Virus record (IMG/VR): IMGVR_UViG_3300021400_000686
Span: 24,333 to 88,332 of that record
DNA: 64,000 bases
Strand: one strand, 5' to 3'
Source of the DNA: a virus
Lineage: Duplodnaviria; Caudoviricetes
Both the position numbers and the translations under genes were made by a program. The notes below the pieces were generated by a model. It was not told the origin of the DNA. It worked only from the letters and a program-made list of their open reading frames with translations, and did no database searches. Every line of letters starts with the position of its first letter. Positions within the stretch are counted from its first letter, which is position 1. Positions 17,411-26,352 of the stretch are shown here, one piece after another.

Positions 17411-20400
17411 TCACTTTACGGGATACTGCCCAATTACCTCAAGATCGATGTACACGGTGCCGTAATCAGACTTTGCTTTTGTCACGCGAAAACGCGTCCC
17501 TTGCTGAAGCAAAACTTCAAGCTCGTAACCCGCGGTCGAATGATGATAATCGCCATCCCATAGATAATTTTCAGACCAATGCTTAGAAAAATCGGCATCG
17601 CCAAATTCAGAGAATGGTTCCATGTACAACGCCTTTGTTCCTCTTGGAACATAGATGTTATAGATCACTTTCTTTTGCATTCCCGTGCCCTTGGCGGCAC
17701 CCGTGCTTGAGAAGCCGTATTCGATCGGCTCACGACCAACAAGCTGTTGTAAGTCTTCCGTACTACCAGTCCTCAGAAGTTCTTTATCACATCCAAGGAA
17801 GGCAGACGCTCCTCCAAAGCCAACGCCTCGCTGAACCCACATATCAAAGTCGTACGAGCTTCTTTCAATCATTTCTGTTAAGTCGCGTACTTTCTTTGGT
17901 AGAGGCCCTGAAGATTTTCCGTAGCCAATATCCCGAAGCGGATCATTGTATGAGTCATAGCTACCCGTCGTGTAGTTGTACGCCGCTTTCTTTTGTGCAA
18001 TGCTCGACTCTTTCCAAACGGAACTGCATTTGTCAAACAAAGCGTTATCTGCATCTTTCGGCTCTTGCGCCCACATCGCATTGTCTTTTCGCTTTTGTGT
18101 ATAAGCGCTTGCTTCAAAGGCGTTTTGCAAAGGCCCACCATTCAACGCCGTGATTTTGCTGTTGTTTTCGTTTATCTTAGCGTTGATATCGGCCAACTCA
18201 TTCTCGATACGTTTCTTCTCTTCGAAGCCCTTTTTGAGCTTTTGCATATTGTTTAGCTTTGCCTCGATAACGCTACGCGCATTATCGTCCGACGCGTTCT
18301 TCGCCGTTTCAAGAGCCTGTTGCAATTGGCCCTCAAGAAAACTTATACTATCATCGTCGAAACTTCCTAACGGTATCTCGAGGTCTTCCGTTGGGTGGAC
18401 TTTGTACATCTTCCCTTTCGCCACGTCGATCTTTTGCTTTAACTTGTTAGCGTCTTTGGAAAGCTTTTTGTTTTCTGCATTCAGCTCTTTTATTTTCGCG
18501 TTATTCTCTTTTTTCTTGACCGCCTCGGCCATCCCGTCGACGTCGGCTTGTAGTTCCTTGATCTTATCGCGTTGCTTCATCACGGCGTCTTTCCACGATA
18601 AGGAGCGCTTCATATTATCTCTTGACGTCCAGTTCGGCTCGCCTTTATCATTGAACGCGTACCCGTACTTCTCCGAAAGCTCTTTTTGATTTTGCGCTAT
18701 CGCGCTATCCACTTCCTTAAGTGCGTCGTTTATAGCGTCTCGCTCCGAAGAAGGCAAAAGCCCAACTTCGTACGCCTTATCTGGAGTCATTCCGTTAAGT
18801 TTGAACCCATCTAACTTCTTCTGCTTTTCCTCAAGCAAGTCGTATAGGTCTGTCACTTTTTGCGCCCTGTCGAAGAAATCATCTACCGTCTTGACCTTAT
18901 CACCAGCGCCACCTTTTTCTATGAATTTTTCAAAATCTTCATATGTCGGTATCGCCGTGCCGTTTGCGTCTGTAAGCTGTTGCTTTTTCAGCGCGTCAAT
19001 TTCGGCTTGCGCACTATTGATCTTCTTTTGAAGTTGCTTGATTGTACCTTTGTATTCCTTTTTGGGCGGTTCTTTGGATGCTTTTAACGTCTCCGCGTCC
19101 GCAACGATCAGCTCTTTGTTGTTTATAATATTCTTGATCTTCTCTTTGTCTATCGTGTTGCCTGTTTCGTCTTGAACGGAACCGTTATAATTGACAGCGT
19201 ATCCATACCCATTTTCTTCAATCACGTCTGCCGCTTCCATCATCTTTTTGAACACGGGATTGTAGTCTTCCTTGTCCTCGTCGGAAAGCTCCCAAGCGCC
19301 ACCTACTCCATGGTCGGACAGAAACTTTTCCTCCGCTTCACAAGCGTTCAAAAAGTTGTTGTATGCTTCATACTTATCAAGAACCTCTTTGAAATTCTCG
19401 CTCTTAATTTCCTCGTCGCTGAACCCAAACGACTTAAGGTTTGCCTCCGCCTCTTCCTTGTTTTTCCCCTTAACATGAGGAATGCTCGGTGCCGTCTGTT
19501 CAGTCCCAACCGTGTCGCCTAAACCAGAAAGTTTTTTCTTGTTCTCGGCCTTCTGATCCTTTGCTCCCTTTAGTAGGTCGCCGTAATATCCTACCATGTC
19601 CTTCTTTTGAAGGATGTCTTGAACCTTGTCCTTGTCATATCCGTGAACGGTGCCATTGCTTGGTGCATAATCATAAATCCCAAATTCATGAAGCTTGCTA
19701 CCCGCTTTACTCACGTCCTCGTACATGTCGTAAAACTCAAGTTGCTTTTCTTTTGATAACTTCGAAAACCAACTTGCGTCATTCGGATCAATGTTGTTTT
19801 CTTCTTTCCAATCTTCTGCGTCCTGATATGCATCGTAGAAATTACCAAGAGCCTCGTACTTCTTGATCACATTGTCAAAGTCATCCGAATTGATCTCCTC
19901 ATCGGTGAAGCCAAAATCTTTAAGCGTACTCGTAAAAGTGTCTATATCCGCATCGTTGTCATTTATGGCCTTCTGCAATTCCTCAACGGCTTGCGTCGAA
20001 TCGACGGGCGCTTCACCATAAGGAATATCGTCTGGATCATTCGATTGCTCTGGAGTATTCCCACCAACATTCTCCGTACCAAGCGCCTTCTGATTGTCAA
20101 TCGACTTCTGAACAGCTTCCTTCTCTTCCGCCGTGAAATACTCGCCTGTAAGCGGGTTCACGAACCCATCACCGCTTTTTTGGAATCCGCCCTCGCCCTC
20201 GAACTCATCTATGCTACCGCCAAGCGCGTACTCTAAATCGCCCTTACTAAGACTCGAAATGTCGGTGTCGCTCGGCTCTTCGCCCAACCCAAGCGGATCG
20301 TCCATTGGCTCGATCTCCAAGTCCTTCGGAATTTCGGATTCTGGCTCTTGATAATCGTACCCCTTGAAATATTTGTTTATTTCATTCCGTTGCTCGTAAA

Positions 20401-21178
20401 GGTCGTCAAGTTGCTCCATTTCCTCGTCGGTAAACAATTCGCCCGATTCATCGAATATCTTTTGAATAGCATTGTTTACGTTCTCAAGTTCTGAAGCAAG
20501 CTCCGTTTGGCTCATGTCGGAATAGTTGGGTTTGTCCTCTATCCCGAGTTTGTCCATCAGCTCTTTTTCTTTTTTACCTAATTCGTAATAGTCTTCCCAG
20601 TCGGTCTCGATCTTGTTGTTGTCGTAGTCGGACAACTTTTCCTGTACCTTCTTCAGTTCCGCCTCAAGTGCCTCTTTAGTTTCTACACCCTCGCTCTCGT
20701 TTTGCTTGAGATTATCAAGGGCGGATGTAATCTTGTACTGTTCCTCTTGGAGTTCCCTTGCCTCTTTAATATAATTGTCCGACTTTTCTTTGTCGTAGGC
20801 ATGTGACCACGCGTTGTCCATTGCCTCATCTACTTTTTTCTTTATTTCTTCGAGCTTGTCGTTTAGCTCGCTCTCCGTCATGCCAGAATAGGCATCGCCT
20901 TCTGGGTTTTCAGCGTCTATTACATCGCCCTCGCCCTTCTTTTGCTTCTCAGCATACATTTCATCAGCGGTTTTGCCCGTTTCGTTCTCGTATGCCTCCC
21001 AAGCCTCAGATGGCGTCATTCCCGTTGTATCGATCCCAAGGTCTTTGCAAAGGCCGTAAGGCAAACGCGTGCCCCATCCAGTAGCCTTCTTCGGTTCCTC
21101 GTGTTCTTCCCCTTCTTCGTCGGCGTCCATGCGAGCGCAATATTTAAGTCTAATTGTGTAGAGTATATTGTCTCTCAT
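17411..21178 (-). CDS. Large leader-bearing cargo protein with C-terminal VIP2-like ADP-ribosyltransferase
   Basis: IRLKYCARMD leader; LPYG module; YTTGSYDSYNDPLR...VQRG...FSSTG...ELEVLL (R-S-ExE). Confidence 0.85.
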   Translation of the reverse strand: MRDNILYTIRLKYCARMDADEEGEEHEEPKKATGWGTRLPYGLCKDLGIDTTGMTPSEAWEAYENETGKTADEMYAEKQKKGEGDVIDAENPEGDAYSGMTESELNDKLEEIKKKVDEAMDNAWSHAYDKEKSDNYIKEARELQEEQYKITSALDNLKQNESEGVETKEALEAELKKVQEKLSDYDNNKIETDWEDYYELGKKEKELMDKLGIEDKPNYSDMSQTELASELENVNNAIQKIFDESGELFTDEEMEQLDDLYEQRNEINKYFKGYDYQEPESEIPKDLEIEPMDDPLGLGEEPSDTDISSLSKGDLEYALGGSIDEFEGEGGFQKSGDGFVNPLTGEYFTAEEKEAVQKSIDNQKALGTENVGGNTPEQSNDPDDIPYGEAPVDSTQAVEELQKAINDNDADIDTFTSTLKDFGFTDEEINSDDFDNVIKKYEALGNFYDAYQDAEDWKEENNIDPNDASWFSKLSKEKQLEFYDMYEDVSKAGSKLHEFGIYDYAPSNGTVHGYDKDKVQDILQKKDMVGYYGDLLKGAKDQKAENKKKLSGLGDTVGTEQTAPSIPHVKGKNKEEAEANLKSFGFSDEEIKSENFKEVLDKYEAYNNFLNACEAEEKFLSDHGVGGAWELSDEDKEDYNPVFKKMMEAADVIEENGYGYAVNYNGSVQDETGNTIDKEKIKNIINNKELIVADAETLKASKEPPKKEYKGTIKQLQKKINSAQAEIDALKKQQLTDANGTAIPTYEDFEKFIEKGGAGDKVKTVDDFFDRAQKVTDLYDLLEEKQKKLDGFKLNGMTPDKAYEVGLLPSSERDAINDALKEVDSAIAQNQKELSEKYGYAFNDKGEPNWTSRDNMKRSLSWKDAVMKQRDKIKELQADVDGMAEAVKKKENNAKIKELNAENKKLSKDANKLKQKIDVAKGKMYKVHPTEDLEIPLGSFDDDSISFLEGQLQQALETAKNASDDNARSVIEAKLNNMQKLKKGFEEKKRIENELADINAKINENNSKITALNGGPLQNAFEASAYTQKRKDNAMWAQEPKDADNALFDKCSSVWKESSIAQKKAAYNYTTGSYDSYNDPLRDIGYGKSSGPLPKKVRDLTEMIERSSYDFDMWVQRGVGFGGASAFLGCDKELLRTGSTEDLQQLVGREPIEYGFSSTGAAKGTGMQKKVIYNIYVPRGTKALYMEPFSEFGDADFSKHWSENYLWDGDYHHSTAGYELEVLLQQGTRFRVTKAKSDYGTVYIDLEVIGQYPVK

Positions 21179-21189
21179 GGCTTATCCCC

Positions 21190-21723
21190 TTACCTATCTT
21201 TTGGCCGTCTCTTCAACTCGCTATTGAAAATAGCCTTTCTCTCGATTGAAAGCGCAAGATTTTCACCGTCCCGATCTGGGTTTTTCTTGAACGCTTTAAT
21301 TTTCTTCTCGCAGTCATCAATCTGCTTTTTTATCGTATCCACATCCGCCTTTGACGCTTCCTTCGTCCATGCCTCGCGCATCTTCACCAAGCGTTTTCTA
21401 AACTTCTCGGCTTCTGCATCTTCCTTGCGTCTCTTTGCAGATGTATACTCTTGCGCATACATTCTATGAAGTTCGTCCTCGTCGATGTCCTTGATTTTGA
21501 CATCACTGCCTACGCCCTTCTTTTCCTTCTGCTTGTAGAACTCCGTTGGTGACTCTTTCGTCGCTTTTTGTACGCGATCCCAAACTTCTCTCGGTGTCAG
21601 TCCCTCAGTATCTATGCCTAAATCTTTCGCGATGCCGTAAGGAAGGCTCACGTTCCACCCATCAAGGCGCTTTTTCTGTTTATATCTAATCGTGTTTGTT
21701 GTTTTGTTGATATTCATACTCAC
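21190..21723 (-). CDS. Leader-bearing small protein (LPYG module plus coiled coil)
   Basis: IRYKQKKRLD leader; LPYGIAKDLGIDTEGLTPREVW. Confidence 0.65.
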   Translation of the reverse strand: MSMNINKTTNTIRYKQKKRLDGWNVSLPYGIAKDLGIDTEGLTPREVWDRVQKATKESPTEFYKQKEKKGVGSDVKIKDIDEDELHRMYAQEYTSAKRRKEDAEAEKFRKRLVKMREAWTKEASKADVDTIKKQIDDCEKKIKAFKKNPDRDGENLALSIERKAIFNSELKRRPKDR

Positions 21724-21751
21724 CTCGATGCATATTGCGTTTTTTCACGAA

Positions 21752-21824
21752 AGCCACCGACAGGATTTGAACCCGCAACCTACTGATTACAAATCAGTTG
21801 CTCTGCCAATTGAGCTAAGATGGC
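21752..21824 (-). tRNA. tRNA-Thr(UGU)
   Basis: GCCATCT TA GCTC AATTGGCA GAGC A ACTGA TTTGTAA TCAGT AGGTT GCGGG TTCAAAT CCTGT CGGTGGC T; cloverleaf with one acceptor mismatch. Confidence 0.92.
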
Positions 21825-22114
21825 TAAATCCACTCTATTGTCAGCGCCGAGTGACTAAGCGCCGTGCTTTCCCACATTTCTTTCGTCAGGGCCGTGTGCC
21901 TGTTACGGCCCCACCGAATACGACAAGTCGGGGCTTGCACCCGTTAAATCCCTTCGCCTTCGGCTTGACGGTCTTGCCGATAAAAATACGTGCCCTGTTC
22001 CGCATTGTTAAGAGGCTTGGCGCGTTCCGTTCGTATGCGCTCTATTTGTATTCCGCCGAGCGCTTAAGCGGTGATCTAAGAAGGAACCGTGGAAGAAGTC
22101 AATTATACACAACA

Positions 22115-23515
22115 TTAAAAGAAATTCGCCAAGTTGAACTGTGCTTTCAGCTCAAGCTCGGCAAATCCGTTCGCAGAAGCGTCGACCATATCCTTGAGCT
22201 TCATATCTGGGAACCCCTCAAGTTGTAATAGGTAGGGCTCATTCCAGTCGGCGGAAACAATATCAAAATTACCAGCTTGCCACTGCGCCGCCATCGGTGT
22301 TGCCCTCGCCTCTTTACTGCCTGTCTCTGGAACCGCCGTAACGTCAAACCCTGAAAGGAATTTGATGTACATTTCAGCTTGATCCTTACCCGCTTGCCCG
22401 GGGTCTTGAGGAATTCTAACGCGAACTTGTTGCTTGTATTTCGCGTTGTCGGATTGGGCGGTCAGTTTGATAATGTTCCGAACATCGGAAGCCGATAGCG
22501 CACGGTTGATCACATCGGCGACTACATATCGCCCGTTCTTTCTTTTGCCAATCAAAACACCCGCCGTATACGCGGGGTCATTGTTCTCGTCTTTTTCTGT
22601 CGCCGCCAAGTCCCAACACCGCACCCACTGAATAACATCGTCGGGGACAAACGGAAGAATGTTGCCAAGCTGTTCGCGTTTGAAATACAACCCAGCCGAC
22701 GGCTTGATCTTCCAGTTACCCATCAGAAGGCGTTCGCGCTCGACCGTTGGTAGCGCCTTTAGGTTCGCAAGGTACTGTGGGTTCGCCTTCAGCAAGGCTT
22801 GATTATCGTAAATAGTTGCCGAAATAAATGTAACAGAGCGCGGTTCCGCTCTCTCTTCTGGCGTCGTAAGGTTGAACTGTTTACATAATTCTTCTCTCGT
22901 GTCAGCCCAAAAGATTTCATTGTCTCTTCGGATCATCCACCGAATTTTCCCACTCCGCTCTGGAATCGGATATCCTGTCTCTTGGTCGATCCACCATGAA
23001 ATGAATTTTGCTACCCACGAATTTGCATCTGGGTTACATGTGCCGATCACGTACGGTTTAACGCCACACATCGAGCGATTACGGGAAAGCATATAAAAAA
23101 AGACATATTCGCTAAAATGGCAAAGCTCGTCATACTCAATTCCACAGATTTGTGACCCGTGATAGTTCTGCACCTCTTCATCGCGCTCTATATGTCTGAA
23201 TGATACCCTTGATAATTGTTCTCCGTTTTTATCGTTAAATATCCACGCGCTTTCCCCTCGCCTGATTTCGGCCCCTCGTATGCCAGAATACATATCACGC
23301 GCATTGTCCCACAATCCGCCCTCGTTATAGATTTGGTTCGCGTTTTTTCGAAAGATTACACATCCGAAGCCCTTAGTGTTTTTGTATCTAAGGGGATAAA
23401 GCAACTCCGCATGTGTCTTCCCAGACCCCGCCGCTCCACCGTAGATAATAATTGACGCGGGGTTTGACAGGAACTTTTCCTGAGCTCCCCGTTGAGGCCG
23501 TAGTATCTTCGCCAC
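22115..23515 (-). CDS. terL: Terminase large subunit
   Basis: Walker A YGGAAGSGKT, Walker B GIEYDEL, GTCNP, nuclease domain WDLA...DMVDA. Confidence 0.93.
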   Translation of the reverse strand: MAKILRPQRGAQEKFLSNPASIIIYGGAAGSGKTHAELLYPLRYKNTKGFGCVIFRKNANQIYNEGGLWDNARDMYSGIRGAEIRRGESAWIFNDKNGEQLSRVSFRHIERDEEVQNYHGSQICGIEYDELCHFSEYVFFYMLSRNRSMCGVKPYVIGTCNPDANSWVAKFISWWIDQETGYPIPERSGKIRWMIRRDNEIFWADTREELCKQFNLTTPEERAEPRSVTFISATIYDNQALLKANPQYLANLKALPTVERERLLMGNWKIKPSAGLYFKREQLGNILPFVPDDVIQWVRCWDLAATEKDENNDPAYTAGVLIGKRKNGRYVVADVINRALSASDVRNIIKLTAQSDNAKYKQQVRVRIPQDPGQAGKDQAEMYIKFLSGFDVTAVPETGSKEARATPMAAQWQAGNFDIVSADWNEPYLLQLEGFPDMKLKDMVDASANGFAELELKAQFNLANFF

Positions 23516-24013
23516 TTAATCACCCCCTGTGGCGTCTTCTTCCCCTTTCTCTGGGTCTTCCTCTTCTTTTTCGATTTCTGGCAAATAAATAACGACCCCA
23601 CCGTCATCCTCATCCTGAGAATTCACTGTAAGGTCGCCCATATTCTTCTTCATCGCGTCAATACGCGCCTGTGACTCTTTTGCTTTCCGATCGTCTTCGC
23701 TCGCCTTGAAGAAATAATCGATCAACAGCTCCATCGCCCGTTGATTTCCGCCAAGGGCCATCTGGAACAACTTTGTAGCCACCGCATTTGCGTTCACTTG
23801 CTCATCCTCGGTATACCCCGCGTCCTTGACAAGTTCTTTTGCTCTTCCAACAGCGGGCATACTCATGAGCTCATTCATCGCTTTGCGAATGTCGGCTTTT
23901 CTTCTTCTCGCCTCTCCAGAAGCAATTCCGCCTTTTCGGCAAATCTCGCTTCTCTCGGCTTTGCTAACTTCCCCAAGCGACCGAAGATTTTTCTCGCGTA
24001 CGTTTTTTGCCAC
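23516..24013 (-). CDS. terS: Terminase small subunit
   Basis: Abuts terL; NLRSL...EICRKGGIASGEARRRK signature. Confidence 0.75.
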   Translation of the reverse strand: MAKNVREKNLRSLGEVSKAERSEICRKGGIASGEARRRKADIRKAMNELMSMPAVGRAKELVKDAGYTEDEQVNANAVATKLFQMALGGNQRAMELLIDYFFKASEDDRKAKESQARIDAMKKNMGDLTVNSQDEDDGGVVIYLPEIEKEEEDPEKGEEDATGGD

Positions 24014-24203
24014 GTTTCGCCCTCCTCAAATCATCTTCGGTTAAATTATCGTCTATTTATTTTAAACGCCTGTAAAGGCCGTTTCTCAACGTTTAAGAGC
24101 CACCGTAAGTGTGGCGGCCCCCAACATTCAGCTTGTTCAACTTTGGATATTGCATTCAATCCCCTTTTAGAGAACCGCCACGAGAAAGGCCGTTGGCCCC
24201 TCT

Positions 24204-24425
24204 TTACAGAAAGTCCATGTCGTCGATCTCGTCCGCGCCAAGGCTAATCATTTCTTCCCCGTCTTTTATAACCAGTCTTGAATATCCGTCTTCCTCGTCG
24301 TCCCCACTTGAATAGATAAATGCGACGCCCTCAAGCTCGTCACCGTCTTTTGTTTTGATCGACACCCTGTGTTTTCCGCTTACCGCCTCATACATCATAT
24401 CCTCGATATCGCCAATGTTCAGCAT
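24204..24425 (-). CDS. Candidate immunity protein for the Ntox50 toxin
   Basis: Small and acidic, directly downstream of the toxin; VSIKTKDGDELEG...EIDDMDFL. Confidence 0.6.
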   Translation of the reverse strand: MLNIGDIEDMMYEAVSGKHRVSIKTKDGDELEGVAFIYSSGDDEEDGYSRLVIKDGEEMISLGADEIDDMDFL

Positions 24426-24437
24426 TTCGACCTCCCT

Positions 24438-25163
24438 TTACGGGATTACTGGAACTATATGCGTTCCGTCCCGTGATAAAATTATTTTCCCCCACTTTGT
24501 CGGAACATGTGTATTGGAATCGCCCTTCTTGACCGCCTCACCAATCACTTCCGTATGTTCGAAAAGGACTCTAAGATTCCCACTTTCGTAAAGAACCGTT
24601 CCCTCTGTAATGTACTTATCCACAAGCTTCTGTACATCCTCTTCTGGAATTGTAAGATAACTCGGATACTTCTTTTCCGCAACCCTTTTTTGATATTCTT
24701 TTGTGCCGGGGATATGTTCCCTCTGTTTATCCTTTTTCACGGCCTGTGAATAAGTACCTTCTTTAAGCCTTTCCCCAACGATTTTCTTAAGTTGGTCTTG
24801 GCTCATTGCCCTGTACTTATCTCTTTCCGCCTTCGCTTGTTGTTTGGCGCTCTGGCCTTTATTTTGGCCGTTTTCCGACGTTTTCTTCTCCTCGTCGGTA
24901 CTTTTATCGCCGTTCTCGTTATCGCGAGGATTTTCAGCCTTTTTGGTTTTTGCCTCTTCCTCGTTCTTCTCGATCTCCTTGCCGATCTCTCCCCCAAGGC
25001 TTCCGTCGTCTTCAAGTGGGACTGGCTGATGGTTTATTGTAATAAACTGCTTCTTAGGATCGTGATTAACTATATGAATTTTTTTCTTCCGCTTCTCATC
25101 GCGAGCGTCCATCCTTGCAAGATATTTAGTTTTGATTTCTCTGAGAAGCTCGTAAACGTTCAT
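24438..25163 (-). CDS. Leader-bearing cargo protein with Bacterial toxin 50 (Ntox50) RNase-like domain
   Basis: IKTKYLARMD leader; KQREHIPGTKEY...SYLTIPEEDVQKLVDKY...TKWGKIILSRDGTHIVP. Confidence 0.75.
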   Translation of the reverse strand: MNVYELLREIKTKYLARMDARDEKRKKKIHIVNHDPKKQFITINHQPVPLEDDGSLGGEIGKEIEKNEEEAKTKKAENPRDNENGDKSTDEEKKTSENGQNKGQSAKQQAKAERDKYRAMSQDQLKKIVGERLKEGTYSQAVKKDKQREHIPGTKEYQKRVAEKKYPSYLTIPEEDVQKLVDKYITEGTVLYESGNLRVLFEHTEVIGEAVKKGDSNTHVPTKWGKIILSRDGTHIVPVIP

Positions 25164-25291
25164 TTCTTTCGCCCCTAAAAAAATTCAGGGGACATCCGTC
25201 CGAACGTCCCCTACACCAATGGCTATTATATATATAGCACGTCATAAAGGTGAATTTCAATGAATTTTAGTGAACGCGAAGCGACTTTTTT

Positions 25292-25591
25292 TCACTTTTC
25301 CATATATAAAATTTGTCCGTCTATCGCATACCCCAAATCAATGTCCACCGCGTCATCATCAAAATCGGCATCTTTTTCCGCTCCGAGAATTCCGTAAATC
25401 TCATCCTCATATCCACTATCGATCAAGCGATGAAGCGTATCCTCTAAGCATCCACCAAGATCAATATAGGCAATGTCCCCATCTGGTACGATCACATAGT
25501 GCTCGAAATACTGTGATGTAACGCCGAACCTACAGACATGTTCGCCTTCCCCACACAACTCCTTTATGATCTTATACCCTCTGTCGCTCAT
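25292..25591 (-). CDS. Hypothetical protein downstream of the RAMP-like gene
   Basis: ORF with RBS, co-oriented with the RAMP-like gene. Confidence 0.5.
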   Translation of the reverse strand: MSDRGYKIIKELCGEGEHVCRFGVTSQYFEHYVIVPDGDIAYIDLGGCLEDTLHRLIDSGYEDEIYGILGAEKDADFDDDAVDIDLGYAIDGQILYMEK

Positions 25592-25606
25592 CGTTTCCCC
25601 CCTTCG

Positions 25607-26344
25607 TTATGCAGTCCAAAGCTTTTTCCAAGTGCTCGTCTTAAGATTTCCACCAATCACCTCTCCTTCCTCGTTAAGGATTTCATAAAGGAACGCACCG
25701 CATCCGGAATTCCGCCACTGTAGCATCCCGTTGTACTGGCCATAGTTCAGCCATTCCAAAAGTGCCATCACCCACTCTTCATTAAGACAGCGCACCGTGA
25801 ACTCTACCGTTGACCCAGAAGGAACTGTCTCAGATGACGCAAGCGCTACCCTCGGGCCTTGCGCCGTCTCCGCACGAAGCGGTCTCTCAATAACCCCCAT
25901 CTCACCGCTCAACTTAAACTTGATTTTTCTCGGGGCCACAAGAATGCACTGATCCAGAATTTTACGGAACGCCTTCAGCTTCTCCGTATGCTTCGCGCTC
26001 GCCATTCCTTTACATCTCTGAAGGGAAGAACAAGCCGCCTTGAAGAACCCCCTTACTTGATAATCCCACATGAACGGATTTCCGTTTTCGTCTTTTGGAA
26101 ATACCGTCATTCCCTTGTCGGCAACTTCGTCAACGCCAAGCGCCTCAACCTCTTCTTCCTTTGATAATGCGTCTGGTGCCTTGCTTGCGATATACGCTCT
26201 ATAAACATCCTCTTGCGATGTTGCCGTACCGAGAACATCTGCAATAAATGTCAGACGAACTCTCACATCGTACCCGTCGTCACCTGTTTCTCTCTCCGCT
26301 TCAAAAGCATTTACAATTGACTCTAACGATCTTGCCATTTTCAT
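25607..26344 (-). CDS. Stand-alone RAMP/Cas7-like (Csf2-like) protein
   Basis: N-terminal strand VRVRLTFIADVLGT; YQVRGFFKAA helix; RPLRAETAQGPR thumb-like region; C-terminal glycine-rich loop YGQYNGMLQWRNSGCGAF. Confidence 0.65.
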   Translation of the reverse strand: MKMARSLESIVNAFEAERETGDDGYDVRVRLTFIADVLGTATSQEDVYRAYIASKAPDALSKEEEVEALGVDEVADKGMTVFPKDENGNPFMWDYQVRGFFKAACSSLQRCKGMASAKHTEKLKAFRKILDQCILVAPRKIKFKLSGEMGVIERPLRAETAQGPRVALASSETVPSGSTVEFTVRCLNEEWVMALLEWLNYGQYNGMLQWRNSGCGAFLYEILNEEGEVIGGNLKTSTWKKLWTA

Positions 26345-26352
26345 ACCTCCTT

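Noticed and set aside
21860-21915. Hammerhead ribozyme (CTGACGA...GAAA on the minus strand)
   Set aside because: No stem II between the core motifs and no UH cleavage site before the adjacent helix.
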